Assembly: GCF_020745735.1 (NCBI RefSeq)
Contig: NC_083435.1
Coordinates: 4,255,905 to 4,319,904, forward strand
DNA length: 64,000 nucleotides
Reading direction: 5' to 3'
DNA from: Hemiscyllium ocellatum
Lineage: Eukaryota
Numbering within the stretch: the first letter of the stretch is position 1; every line of letters begins with the position of its first letter. A model generated the notes under the pieces. The model saw only the letters and a program-made list of their open reading frames with translations. It did no database searches and was not told the DNA's origin. The position numbers were made by a program, and so were the translations under genes. Of the stretch, positions 47,176-60,904 are shown piece after piece.

Positions 47176-48479
47176 GATATGCAGAATGCCTGGCCAATGT
47201 TGTTCAAAACCACAAGGATGTTCAACAGGAGGAGGCCATTCAGCCCCTCCAACTAGTTCTGTCATTGGGGTAGACCACAGTTGATATGTATTGCTTTCTG
47301 TCCACCTTATTGATGGAGTGATTGATGCCAGGATTTTGAGGGGACAGAGATTTAGATTTTGAACAACTCTGAGATCATTGCTGAGAGCTGAGCGTCATTT
47401 CAAAGTTAGTCCACTCTGAGGTGGACTCCCCTCCCCACATTCCCCATTTCCCTTGTCCTTTCTCTTTAGTGCTGAAGGATTCCCTGAGGAATTGCTAATC
47501 TGGCTTCATTATCATGGTGCTTTTACCCCATCATGGTTTATTTATAAATCTGTTCTACGGAATTGTTAAAACATATTTAACCACCAATAAACATTTTGAC
47601 CCAGTTTGCCTGCAAAAACAGTGTTCGCTTTTTTCTGTGGGATCCTAAAACATTTGTGTCGAAGACAGCGGATTTGGAAAAATGTAATAGCTCTCCCAAA
47701 GAGACCAGACTTTCATGATGAACAAAGTGTTGTAGAATTTAAGGGAACATATTACAAATTATTATTCACAGGAATTCAAATTGAGGTGGGGTTATCCTAT
47801 ATTTCACACATTTCCATAAGTTACATTTTGAAAAAAAAGGCCTCATTTGTAAAGTTGATGTAGCTTGATTTATTTATTGTCACATATATCCTGTTACAAA
47901 ATACAATGAAAAAGTGTGGTATAGTCTCACCATTCTCTGGTGCCATCTTAAAACATGGAAAAATAAACCAAAACAAAGAATATAAAAGCAGAAAAATGAG
48001 GTGTCTAACTTTACAATCCTTCCTGTTAAGTCCTAAGTGTTCAACAGGAACAGGCCACTCAGCCCCCTGAGCTAGTACTGCCCCTGAGGTAGACCACGGT
48101 TGATGTGTATCCAACGCATTCTTTCACTTTCTGACCACAGATAACCCTTACCCAACAAAACCTTATCATGTGAAATGTACATTTGTATTTTTCAAATGTA
48201 CTTTATAATTAATTCACCTCCAGACCTTTGGGCTCAGGTCATGTAGAACATAGCCAGCTACTTTGGACGGGTTACAATCATGGATAGCAAGAAGCCTGAA
48301 TCCGTAGAGTGCAGGCTTGGGGGTGGTGGAGGAGGTTAGAGAGGGCTGAGGGACATGAAGGGATTTAAAAACGAGTATGAGAACTTTCTAATGAAGACAT
48401 GCCCTTACTGGAAGGCAGTCTAGGTTATCGGTGACAGCGGGACGGGACTTGTTGGGACACAGACTTTTCGATGAGCCCT

Positions 48480-48713
48480 AGATTAGATTCCCTGCATTAT
48501 AGAAACAGGCTCTTCAGCCCAACAAGTCCACACTGATCCATCCAGACCCATTCCACTACCCTATATTTACCGCTGATGAATGCATCTATCACTATGGGCA
48601 ATTTAGCAAGGCCAATTCACCTGATCTGCACATCTGTGGACTATGGGAGGAAACCGAAGCACCCGAGGTGGGAATCGAACCCGACTCCCTGGTGGTGGGC
48701 CACTGTGCCGCCC
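48480..48713 (-). mobile_element. Degraded HE1-type SINE
   Basis: GATTAGATT tail, GGCCAATTCACCT, GGGAGGAAACCG, GGAATCGAACCC. Confidence 0.7.
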
Positions 48714-49046
48714 AAGAGAGTGAAAAATAGGGGCACTGATCCCACACATGCAAAACGAGCACTCCATTAGTTGAGCTAATCCCTCAGAGCCCTAGTTAAG
48801 GGAGGGTCAAATCTGGGAGGCCATGCAGATTTGGAATAGCAACCTCACTGCCAAACGGCCCGAATGGCCGCAGGGCGCTTCAGGTAACGTTGCAAGGATG
48901 TCAAACAAATAAACCCTCCCTTGTCACTGTAAGGGTCACCAATGGGTTGACTTGGCAGTCCATGTAATGCTACACTGCAGCCAGCAGAGGGGGGCATTGT
49001 CCTTCCTAGAGAAGTGAATTAGGAACATGAACATCAGTGTCAATGG

Positions 49047-49215
49047 TTTGGAGGAGCTGGTGTTGGACTGGGGTGGACAAAGTTAAAAATCACACAACAC
49101 CAGGTTATGGTCCAACAGCTTTATTTGGAAGCACTAGCTTTCAGAGTGCCGCTCCTTCATCAACCATCTGATGAAGGAGCAGCATTCTGAAAGGTAGTGC
49201 TTCCAAATAAACCTG
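49047..49215. mobile_element. Fold-back element (family B)
   Basis: CTCCTTCATCA...CTGATGAAGGAG centre with inverted flanks. Confidence 0.7.
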
Positions 49216-51868
49216 TATCACTGCCAATGACAATCACTGCTATTGTAGCTAAATGGTGGCTTCACTTCTGCAACTGAGTGCCAAGTAAAAACAAACATTC
49301 TCCCACAGTCAGTAGCTCGGGTCTGCAATGCATGTGCAATGGAAGCAGGTTAAATTGAGACAATCCAGAATGTAATGTGTGGTTATTTGGATAGCGATGG
49401 GGCACAGGAATAGGGCGATGAGAGAGATTGGCAGGGGGTGATGGCAGTTGTTTCAAAGGGCCAGTGCAAGCACAATGGGCCGAAAGGTCTCCTTCTGGGG
49501 CATAATTTGCTGTGATTCTTTGATCATTGCCAGCTGAAGCCATTTTGGACAAAGGTGGCAATGAAAGAGGAAACAATATTCTGCAGAGGCTCCCAAAGAC
49601 AATGGAATCACTTTCCCAAAACCATTCCCTCTATTCTGCATTCCCTTGAAGGACAATTCCGCACTTTTGGATAGAGTTACATGTTTATTCAGTACTTTTA
49701 TCATCCCCCCCCACTTTATATGGAAAACAATGCAAAATATGAGAATGTTACAGTTGAAATCACCACTCCCCTCTACCAGCTGTTTTGTTTCTCAGTTTAA
49801 GACTAGTCATTAAATTTGCTGATGTACCTTCACCCTGTCATTTTCTCGTGAACTTCCTCCCGCTCTCCAGGATATTGATGCTGGGTCAGAATAATTGCCC
49901 TGGAAACAGTTCAGGGAAAGTTCACTTGACTCATTCCTGGGATGAAAGACTAATGAGGAAAGGTTGAACAGGTTGGACCCGCATCTGTTAGAGCTTAGCA
50001 GAATGAGAGCTGATCTTATCGAGTGGTATAACCTGCTGAGGGTGTTACGATGCCTCCTGCTGTGGAGGAGATTGAAGCAAGGGGACACAGTTTAAGAATT
50101 AGAATTTCTTTTTTAAAAGATGGAGATGGGGAGTTTTGTTTGACCTCAGAGGGTCTTTGGAGTGTGGAATTCTCTTCCCCAGTGGATTAGTGGAGATTAT
50201 CTCTTCCTTTAAATTTGAATAAGTGTTTTACAAGGAGGGAGCCGAGGGTTATGGGGGTCAGTGTGGCTAAGGATACAACCAGAGCAGCCAGGATCTTGAA
50301 TGGTGTCCCGAAGTCCTGTGTTCCTCCGATTCTCAGCTCCTCTGGCTTACTCTCTTGAGCATTCTGTCTTTTATTCAGCCCAATCTTGGCAGCTACTACC
50401 AAGACCTTATACTGTGGAGTGCAATCTCCAAATCTCTGTGCATTTCTCTCTCTCCCTTTTCTCCTTTAAACCGAATCTCTTCTTTTGTGTTATGTCTCTT
50501 TGCAGATGTGCAATATACCTTAGAGGACATAATCATGGCCGCGTCTTGAAATGTGATCAAATAGCATAAGGCTCTTGGTCATCATCTTACTGAGCTCTGG
50601 CCCCTGCAGCATGAGACTCTGGGAGGAGTGCGCGACAGTCCATCGGAATTGCTCAGTCTCAGCCCACACAAGTGCCTGTGATTGCCATGCACACATGTAA
50701 TTTGCCTGGTGTTGTAATAAAGGCTGGTTGCCTGACCCACATCTTGCCCTTATGTTATGGGGGCCTAACAGAAGTGTCACGAGTAGATGGTGGCCACAGT
50801 CGATCACAGTGACATATCATGGCTTCAGGGATGGGCTCAAACGCGGTCATGTGTTTCAATGTGACCTTGTGTGCTTTGGCTTCAAATCACATTCAATTCT
50901 GTCAAGTGATCTGGCACGTTCTGTGCACATTGCTGCTGATGTCTGAACACCAGAAACATTTGGACCGTTCAGCACAGCAAAAGAAAAGGTCAAGAAAGAA
51001 CACCGGACACAAAATAGATCAGAATTTTTTTTTAAAAAGGCAGAGATGTGCTGGGGAAATGCTCAGCAGGTTAGGCAGCATCTTGGTGGGGGGAAACAGA
51101 GTGAACCTTCCAGGCTGTGACGTTTTAATGGAAATGTTTTCACCACTTCAATCATTCCATTTTTCCCCTCTAGCATTTGTTTTTCTGGATTATTCATCTA
51201 GGGGTTATGGGGGACGTTAGACAACACAGGATTTATCGCCCATCTCCTATTGCTCCTGGAGAAGGTGGCAATGAGCTGCTTTTTGCAATTGCTGCTGTCC
51301 ATGAACTCTCTCTAAGCTGTGCATCTCTGAGCGAGTGGCGTGGCTCAGTTAGCTACACTGTCGTTGAGCCATGAGTGTTTACATTCTAACTGGAATACCG
51401 GAGGAATGCTGGACTGCAGGAGGGCCCACCTTAACGGTGAGATGTTAACCTGAGGGCCTGGGTGATGAAAAACTTCCTTTGGCCACTCTTTTGGGGAATT
51501 CCCCTTCACGTCCTGACCAATATTACCCCAATTCAACTTCACAAAGGACCAGGTAATCACATTAACACAGGGCTGTTTGTGGGATCAAAGTTAGCTGTCC
51601 CCACAGCGGATACTGCTGCTGCCTCAAAGGAAAGTAATACACTGGGTTTGGGGTGTTTGGAAATTGTTCCGTGATGTGAAGAGTGAAATGTAAATACAAA
51701 CTATGTTTTTCTGTCAGTGGTTTTGGGTCTGCCCATTTGGAATGTCCTTCTGTCCCTTCCTAATGATTGCTTGCTATTTTCAGCTCTGTGTTCATTGATG
51801 CATCTCTCTGTCCCGATAATCTGATGGAATCATCCTCATTCGCAGCACTTTCAGCACCTGTTTGTTGG

Positions 51869-53260
51869 NNNNNNNNNNNNNNNNNNNNNNNNNNNNNNNN
51901 NNNNNNNNNNNNNNNNNNNNNNNNNNNNNNNNNNNNNNNNNNNNNNNNNNNNNNNNNNNNNNNNNNNNNNNNNNNNNNNNNNNNNNNNNNNNNNNNNNNN
52001 NNNNNNNNNNNNNNNNNNNNNNNNNNNNNNNNNNNNNNNNNNNNNNNNNNNNNNNNNNNNNNNNNNNNNNNNNNNNNNNNNNNNNNNNNNNNNNNNNNNN
52101 NNNNNNNNNNNNNNNNNNNNNNNNNNNNNNNNNNNNNNNNNNNNNNNNNNNNNNNNNNNNNNNNNNNNNNNNNNNNNNNNNNNNNNNNNNNNNNNNNNNN
52201 NNNNNNNNNNNNNNNNNNNNNNNNNNNNNNNNNNNNNNNNNNNNNNNNNNNNNNNNNNACACACCCACACACAAAAACACACACAGACACACACACACAC
52301 AAACATACAGAGACACACACACACAGGCACACAAAAACATAAACAGACACATACACACCCACACACAAAAACATACACACCCACACACACACATACAAAA
52401 ACATACACAGACACACACAAAAGCATACACAGACACGCACACAAACACAGACATAAACAGACACACACACACACCCNNNNNNNNNNNNNNNNNNNNNNNN
52501 NNNNNNNNNNNNNNNNNNNNNNNNNNNNNNNNNNNNNNNNNNNNNNNNNNNNNNNNNNNNNNNNNNNNNNNNNNNNNNNNNNNNNNNNNNNNNNNNNNNN
52601 NNNNNNNNNNNNNNNNNNNNNNNNNNNNNNNNNNNNNNNNNNNNNNNNNNNNNNNNNNNNNNNNNNNNNNNNNNNNNNCAGACACATACATCCACACACA
52701 CAAAAGCATACACAAACATGCACACACAGACACACACACAAACATAAACAGACAAACACACCCACACACAAAAACACACACAGACAGACACNNNNNNNNN
52801 NNNNNNNNNNNNNNNNNNNNNNNNNNNNNNNNNNNNNNNNNNNNNNNNNNNNNNNNNNNNNNNNNNNNNNNNNNNNNNNNNNNNNNNNNNNNNNNNNNNN
52901 NNNNNNNNNNNNNNNNNNNNNNNNNNNGACTCACAGACAAACACAAAAACATACACAGATACACACACAGACAGATAAACACAAAAACGCACAAACAGAC
53001 AGACAAAAACACACATTCAGACTCAGGCAAACACAAAAACGAAATGCACAGCCACACAGACGCAAAGACGTACAGGCACACAGATGCACAGACACACAGA
53101 CACACAGACAAATACACAAAAACACACAGAGACACACACAGTCTCAAACACACACAGAAAAACACATAGACATACAAAAACACAGACTGTCATTCAAAAC
53201 CTGTGCAAACATCAACAAAACCTACACACGCAGACAATGATAAACACATATGTACAGACA
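51869..53260. other. Assembly gaps (51869-52258, 52477-52678, 52792-52927) within CA-rich low-complexity repeat
   Basis: Runs of N interleaved with degenerate (CA)n. Confidence 0.98.
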
Positions 53261-54859
53261 TGATTTGGAGATGTCGGTGTTGGACTGGGGTGTACAAAGT
53301 TAAACGTCATACGACACCAGGTTATAGTCCGACAGGTTTAACTGGAAGCACTAGATTTCGGAGCGGCTGAGTGAACCATCTCTGGTCTGCCTCCATTACC
53401 AGTCTATCTTTCCTGAGATACAGGGCCCCGAAACTGTTGACAGTTGCAAACTGCCCATTATGAGATTCATAGACAAGGACTCCCAAATCGTTTGGCTTTC
53501 TGCAGTCTTTCTCCATTTAAATAATATTCAGCACCTCTATTCTTCCTGCCAAACCTCACATTTCTCAACATTATTTTTGATCAGCCAAGTCTTGGCTCAC
53601 TTGTTTAACCTGCCCTTCCCTCTACAGACTCTGGGTCACCTCTTGCCTTTCTGTTTATTCCTGGGTCATTTACGAACCTGGCGATAGTCTGTTTGGATTC
53701 CTCGTCTAAATGCCTCTGTTTGGAGCAGGGAGGGTGGAGGGGAGGTTTGGTCGAGCTGGGCAGGGTAGTGACAGGTTTAGTTGAGGGTAGGCAGAGGGAG
53801 CTGATCTCACTGGCTGGTGGGTGTGGGTGAGGGGTACACAGCTTTCAGGTTTGGGGGACATGAGGCATGATGTAAGGGTGGGGAGGATGGTGTAATGGGG
53901 ATGGGGAGGGAGGGGGTGGAAGGAACTTGATGATCCAGTGAGTGGGTAATGCACTGTCTGCGGGAAAGGAGGGTGGAAGGAGCGACAGTAAACAATTTCA
54001 ATCAGAGATTGGAATGGGAATAACCTGGAGGAGGTACCCAGTGGGGAAAGTAATGGGACTGACCGGGTACTGCTCCAAGGGGCTAGTACGGCTCAGTAAG
54101 CTGAACAGTCTCCTTCTGCACTGAGATGGCTCTATCTAACCTTGTCCAGAGGAGGTATGGCCCGAGGATTCCTGAGCTGTGGAATGTTCCCGCTCGGAGT
54201 TCCGATAGCTGCAAGGCTTTCCTTACCTTCGGAATCACTGCAGTTGGTGAAGTCCTGAGTCTGGATAATACATTCCACAATGTCATCAGCGTTGACCCTG
54301 GTGTCACTGACCCATGACGGGTAGTTCTCAGGTACTCGATTCCTCCTCCTGTAACCACACAGTCACAGGATTTTTACAGCACAGCAGGCCATTCAGCCCA
54401 TCATCCCTGCATCGGTTCTATCCCCCAGGGCCCAATCTACTGCCTTTTCCCCAACTATCCCTGACCCCTCCCCCCCCCATTTCCATCCTCTGTCCCTCAG
54501 GAATGCCTCCGTCGTACCTGCCCCCTCCCCTCCATTCCCAGGCAGTACATCCCACACCCTCACTAAAGTAAAATAAGGAAGCAGGGTCACTTGACCCAAA
54601 ACGTTAACTCTGTTGCTCTTTCCATGGATGCTGCCAGACCTGCTGAGTTTCTCCAGCAATTTCTGTTTTTGTTCCAGTCCCTATCCCTCTGTCATCCATG
54701 CCATTTTGTGGACTTCGTCTTAATTTTATTTTCATACTTAGGCTTTCTGTTATTGATCGAGGAGCTGTGGTATGGTGACTTAAACATTTTTCAATGTTTT
54801 ATTTAAAAAATGTAAGTCACAATAAATGACTACTCTATTTTAGTCACTTGGGAGGCCGA

Positions 54860-55221
54860 GGAGTGACCTTATAGAGGTTTATAAAACCATGAGGGACGTG
54901 GATAAGGTAAATAGACAAAACCTTTTCCCTGGGGTGGGGGAGTCCAGAACTAGAGGGTGAGAGGGGAGGATATAAAAGAGACCTAAGGGGCAACTTTTTC
55001 ACACAGAGGGTGGTACGTGTATGGAATGAGCTGCCAGAGGATGTGGTGGAGGCTGCTACAATTACAACATTTAAGAGGCATTTGGATGGGTATATGAATA
55101 GGAAGGGTTTGGAGGGATATGGGCCGGGTGCTGGCAGGTGGGACTAGGTTAATGTAGGATATCTGGTCGGCATGGACGGGTTGGACCATCAGTGTCTGTG
55201 CTGTACATCTCTATGACTCAT
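54860..55221 (+). mobile_element. CR1-type LINE 3' end
   Basis: Near-identical to 12618-12913; ends CTGTACATCTCTATGACTC. Confidence 0.85.
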
Positions 55222-55667
55222 AAGTGTACACAAACGCAGACGCATACAAAACCACACACACATTGTTTTTATATTTCTGAGCTTTTAAAACTGTGCAGTG
55301 AAATGAGAAAGAAGTGTTTTGAAACCCCGGGATTTTACAAAGACGCCTGCATGTGTTGAAAGTAAATAATAATTTGCTCCTCACACATACACACACATGC
55401 ACAGGCAGAGGAACACACCCAGGACCGAAGTTAAAACGCGCACACAGACACACACACACTCTCTCTCTCAGAGAAACATCCCCCACCCCCAGCCCCCACC
55501 CGCTGGCTCTGTCCAAAGCTCAGCTCTCCGCCCAGGGCTGGTCCTGCAGCTCTCAGAGCCGGGGAGCAGGGTGAGCTGAGTGAGGGACTGCAGTGCTGTC
55601 TACATGGAGAGCCCCAGGGGGTGAGGCAGAGTCTCCCTGCCTGGTCCCCGGGAGGGCAGCTGCAGCA

Positions 55668-56700
55668 ATGAGCCGGTCCGAGGAGCTGCACCACCGGGAG
55701 AACCGGCCGAGACTGCACCGGGACCCGCTGTCCCGGGAGCTCCAGCCCCACTCCCGCCCCAGGGACCCCCATCCCAGAGACCCCTATCCCATAGACTCCC
55801 AACCCAGGGACCCCTATCCCAGGGACCCCCATCCCAGGGACCCCCAACCCATAGACTCCCACCCCAGGGATCCCCATCCCATAGACCCCCATCCCAGGGA
55901 TCCCCATCCCAGGGATCCCCATCCCAGAGACCCCCATCCCAGGGACCCCCATCCCAGGGATCCCCATCCCAGGGATCCCCATCCCAGAGACCCCTATCCC
56001 AGGGATCCCCACCCCAGGGATCCCCATCCCAGAGACCCCTATCCCAGGGATCCCCATCCCATAGACCCCCATCCCAGAGACCCCTATCCCAGGGATCCCC
56101 ATCCCATAGACCCCCATCCCAGGGACCCCGACCCCAGGGACCCCTATCCCATAGACTCCCATCCCAGAGACCCCTATCCCAGGGACCCCGACCCCAGGGA
56201 CCCCCATCCCATAGACTCCCATCCCAGGGACCCCTATCCCAGGGATCCCCATCCCAGGGACCCCGACCCCAGGGACCCCTATCCCATAGACTCCCATCCC
56301 AGGGACCCCCACCCCAGGGACCCCCTTCCCCAGGACCTCAGCCCCCGGGACCCGGAGCCCCGCTCGTTCCTGCACAGCCTGCGGACCCTGTTCGACATCC
56401 TGGACCAGGAGGGTCGGGGCTGGGTCGAGCTGCGGGAGATAGAGAGCCGCTGGCCGGGGGAGGGCCGGAGGGAGCCGGCGCTGCCTGCCGGACTGATGGG
56501 CTGCCTCCGGAGAGCAGCAGCGCCGAGCGGGAGGCTCACCTTCCCCCGGCTCCTGGCCGGGATCAGGGCGGCCCTGCAGCAGGAAGCCGGCAGCCCGGAG
56601 CCGGACAGTGCCCCGGGCTGCTCCCGGTACCAACAACCCGGGAAGAGCCGGAGAGATACCCCCGCGGGAGGTCACAGGAGCTGGGCAGCAGCAGCAGCAG
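55668..56700 (+). CDS. SAPCD2: First coding exon of a suppressor-APC-domain (SAPCD2-like) gene
   Basis: PRSFLHSLRTLFDILDQEGRGWVELREIESRW...CLRRAAAPSGRLTFPRLLAGIRAAL matches the SAPCD2 N-terminal domain. ATG 55668 in GCAATG context; donor CAG|GTCAGT at 56700/56701 (phase 1). Orthology versus a SAPCD1-lineage paralogue is not established. Confidence 0.8.
55761..56360 (+). repeat. In-frame 15-bp coding minisatellite (about 40 x RDPHP)
   Basis: Unit AGGGACCCCCATCCC with RDPYP/IDSHP/RDPDP variants and no frameshift. Confidence 0.95.
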
Positions 56701-56989
56701 GTCAGTGCCTCTTCACTAAAACTCAGCAACTCCAGTCCCTTCAACCACTAGATAGCACAGACCACAACATCAGGCTGGAATCGCCTTCATTCATAAAGCT
56801 GGGACAGGGAGAAGGCACTCGGTGCAGTGTTGATGTGTCAGTTTATCTATATATTCAATACATCAATCTGAGCCAAGGAGAAATCTTGTTTACAGCCTGT
56901 ATATGTCTTAACATGTTTTAATTTACAGATCTGAGTCAATAAGATGTTTGGTGTACTGTCTGTCTGTGCACTAATTCATCTATATATAC

Positions 56990-57900
56990 ATAGAATAGTA
57001 CAGCACAGCACAGTACAGGCCCTTCAGCCCTCACTGTTGTGCTGACCTTTTATCCTACTCTAAGATCAGACCAACCCACACACCTCTCATCGCAATATCA
57101 TCCAAGTAAAAAGTGAGGTCTGCAGATGCTGGAGGTCAGAGCTGAAAATGTGTTGCTGGTTAAAGCGCAGCAGGTCAGGCAGCATCCAAGGAACAGGAAA
57201 TTCGACGTTTCGGACACAAGCCCTTCGTCAGGAATGATATCATCCAAGTGCCTATTTAAGAGTCGCTGAAATGTTCCTAATGTATCCCACTCTACTACCA
57301 CTGCTGGTAGAGCATTCTACACACCCACCACTCTCTGCGTAAAGAACCTTCCTCTGCCATCTCCCCGAAACCTTCCCCCAGTTACCTTAAAATTACTCCC
57401 CCTTGTGATGGACATTTCTGCCCTGGGTGAAGAAGTCTCTGGCCATCCACTCTATCTATGCCTCTCACCATCTTGTACACCTTGATCAAGTCACCTCTTA
57501 GCCGCCTTCACTCTAAGGAGAAAAGCCCTAGCTCCCTCAAGCTTTCTTCATAAGACATGCCCTCCAGTCCAGGCAGCATCCTGGTCAACCTCCTCTGCAC
57601 CCTCTCTAAAACTTCCACGTTTTCCCTATAATGAGGTCGATCAGAATGGGGGAACACAATATTCCAAGTATGGTCTAACCAGGGCTGTATAGAGCTGCAG
57701 CATAACCTCGCAGCTCTTAAACTCAATCCCCCTGTGAATGAAAGCCACCACACCATACGCCTTCTTAACAACCTGATCAACTTGGGCGGCAACTTTGAGG
57801 GATCTATGGACATGGACACCAAAATCCCTCTGTTCCTCCACACTGCCAAGAATCCTGCCTTTAACCTTGTATTCTGCATTCAAATCCAACTTCCAAAGTG
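56990..57900 (-). mobile_element. CR1-type LINE 3' fragment with nested Penelope tail (57108-57235)
   Basis: ORFs 57508-57879 and 57641-57889 (LYTALVRPYLEYCV). Confidence 0.85.
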
Positions 57901-58084
57901 AATGAACTTTTTAGTTCATAAACCCGAGAAGGGTGAAGGAGTTTTGCTGGCAGTGTACACGTATCAGTTCATCAATATATTTAGTAGTTTTTAATTCGGA
58001 CAGTTGAGACAAGGAGAAGGAAAGGACTGAATATACAGTGGACAGCACAGTCTGCAACACCACATTGTAATCTCCTTAATTCAT

Positions 58085-58360
58085 AGAGTTTAGGGTGACA
58101 GGGGAAAGATATAAAAGAGACCTTAGGAGCAACATTTTCACACAGAGGGTGGTACGTGTATGGAATGAGCTGCCAGAGGAAGTGGTGGAGGCTGGTACAA
58201 TTACAACATCTGGGTGGATATATGAATAGGAAGGGTTTGGAGGGATATGGGCCGGGTGCTGTCAAGTGGGAATAGATTGGGTTGGGATATCTGGTTGGCA
58301 TGGATGAGATGGACTGAAGGGTCTGTTTCCATGCTGTTCATCTTAATGAATCTATGAGTC
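58085..58360 (+). mobile_element. CR1-type LINE 3' end
   Basis: CACAGAGGGTGGTACGTGTATGGAATGAGCTGCCAGAGG, as in the other copies. Confidence 0.8.
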
Positions 58361-58862
58361 TATCTGAGGCAAGGAAAAGGAATTTGGTGCAGTGTGTTCA
58401 AGTCAGTCTATCAATATATTTATAAACCTGAGATAGAGAAAAGGAACTTGGTGTACCTTGTATGTATGTCAGTCTATCAATATTCTTAACACTTTTTAAT
58501 TTATTGAGCTGAGTCAAGGAGAAAGTATTCAGGTGTGTGTGTGTGTGTGTGTGTGTATCAATATATTTAACACTTTTTCATTCATACATCTGAGGCAGTG
58601 AGAAGGAACTTGATATACAGCGTGTATATGTCAGACTCAAAAAGTGTGGCACTGGAAAAGCACAGCAGGTCAGGCAGCATTTGAGGAGCAGGAGAGTCAA
58701 TGTTTCAGGCATAAGCAATGACCCACATCAATTCAACACCTTGCCCAGCATCCTCTTCAGGGCACTAAATTATTGATGGGCACTAAATGCCACCTTCTCA
58801 GTGGTGCCCCCAACCTGATTCAGAGCTCACCACCCGGCCTTTAGCAGTAACCCCTGGGTTTC

Positions 58863-59090
58863 ATGATTTGGAGATGCCGGTGTTGGACTGGGGTGTATCA
58901 AGTTAAAAATCCCACAACACCAGGTTATAGTCCAACAGGGTTATTTGGAAGCACCAGCTTTCGGAGCGTCGCTCCAAACCACCTCATCAAACACTTGAAG
59001 AAGGAGCATCGCTCCGAAAGCTAGTGTGCTTCCAAGTAAACCTGTTGGACTATAACCTGGTGTTGTGTGATTTTTTTAACTTTATGCACC
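58863..59090. mobile_element. Fold-back element (family B)
   Basis: Same family as 343-534; hammerhead core mutated (TTGAAGAAGGAG). Confidence 0.75.
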
Positions 59091-60040
59091 CCGGGTTTGT
59101 CTGCCTTGTTAGAAATCTGCTTTCTCTTGATGTCACTGCACTTTATCAACGTGTGCTGGAGATCGAAAACAAATCTTTGAGTTAAACTGACAGCAGGAAA
59201 GAAAGACAGAGACCACACTCAGTAATAACCTGCAGACAACATTGGCAGCTGGGATAGATTTTTTCAGCATGATCTCAATCGTCCTAGCCAGAGTTGAGGA
59301 TTTTATCTTGTTTTACTTTATTCTTGATCCAAATCTCGTTCGTTGCCATGTGTGTATGTGATACTCCCTTCCCCACAGCACGGTTCCTGCACCAAACACT
59401 ATGCAAACGTTCAAAGCATCTGCTCACTACCCCCCCATCTTCTCCTGGGGCCATACAAACATATCAGTGATAGGAGTAGGACTGGGGCCATTCTGCCCTT
59501 TGAGCCTGAGCTGTCTGTGTTCCGAGTTGCATGTTCCTGCTTGCCCCCCCCCCCCACCGAGTACCCCCGCCCCCTCCCTCACACAGACCAACCCATCTCC
59601 ATCTGAAAGATATTCAATGTCCCGACACACACCCCCACCCTCTGAGACAGAGAGCTCCACACACACAACCATCACACAACCATCTGAGAGAACGCCATTC
59701 TCCTTGTCCCTGTCCTGGGGGGTGGGGGGAGGGGGGGAAAGGGGGGCTGACCCCTACTTTTGTACCAGTGGCGCCCCCTCCAGCCCCCAGTTCTGGACTG
59801 ACCCCCAAGAGGAAATCATCCCTTTTTCCAAATCCCCACCCAGCCCAGGATCTTATACACTTCAATCCAATCACCCCTCACTCTCTACACTCCAGGGGAC
59901 AAGAGCCCAGTCTGTCCTACTCGATCCAATCTGAGAAACCTCCTGTGGACCACCTCCTTATACAAGGAGACCAAAACAGCACAGAGGGTTCGAGACGTGG
60001 TCTTACCCGTGGAACTGTAACACAACATCTTGACTTTTAG

Positions 60041-60350
60041 AGATTAGATTCTGTGCAGTATGGAAACAGGCCTTTCGGCCCAACACGTCCACATCGACCC
60101 TCTTAAGAGTAACTCACCCAGACCTATTCCCCTACCCTATATTTACCCCTGACTAATGCACCTAACACTATGGGCTATTTAGCATGGCCATCTTTGGACT
60201 GTGGGAGGAAACTGGAGCACCTGGAGGAAACCCACGCAGACACGGGAAGAATGTGCAATCTCCACACGGATAGTCACCCAAGGTGGGAATCGAACCCAGA
60301 TCCCTGGTGCTGTGAGGCAGCAGTGCTAACCACTGAGCCACCATGCCACC
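60041..60350 (-). mobile_element. HE1-type SINE
   Basis: Tail AGATTAGATT, V-domain, head GCTAACCACTGAGCCACCATGCC. Confidence 0.85.
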
Positions 60351-60904
60351 CCATCCTAGAATTCCACAGCACAGAAAAGGGCACTTCGGCCCATCGAGTC
60401 TGTCCTGGTCGAAACCAAGCATCTACCCACTGAATTCCTCTTGTAATTAAGCTCAGTATCCCATGAGCCTCCTTCATTCCTGGCTGTGCCAGCACACTTG
60501 AGACTCAATCACTAAAACAGCCAGCTCCCAGTTCAGCTCAGATTCCCACATTTCCTTGAAAGGGAATAACCCAACATTCCAGTTAAGGATACGACAGGAG
60601 CAGGTGGAATGCTGGGTTTTTGGACTGAGATTTAAGGAGCGTGTAGCTTAATGCTGTTTGCTCGGCTGCTGTGTTAGAGAATCGATCTGGGCATTCCCAG
60701 GGTCTCCGCACCCCCCCCCAGTCTCACATCAGTCTCACCCGTGTACCTGACCCCCACAGTGTGAAATGGCAATCTTAGACAGCTGCCCTGGGTCACCCTC
60801 AGAAGGTGCACTACCACAGCAGCTGACCTTTCTCCAGCCCAATGGTGAAAATCTAAGCTGCAGAATCATTACAGCACGGACAGTGGCCACTCAGCCCATC
60901 ACTT

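Noticed and set aside
51760-53183. Long ORFs spanning N runs
   Set aside because: Artefacts of assembly gaps and CA-rich low complexity.
55431-56744. 437-aa minus-strand ORF with elastin-like GVPGMG repeats
   Set aside because: Antisense reading of the 15-bp repeat; the plus frame carries the conserved SAPCD domain and splice donor.
56701-56921. Continuation of the SAPCD-like ORF to 56921
   Set aside because: Composition turns AT-rich after a good donor site at 56701; treated as intron read-through.
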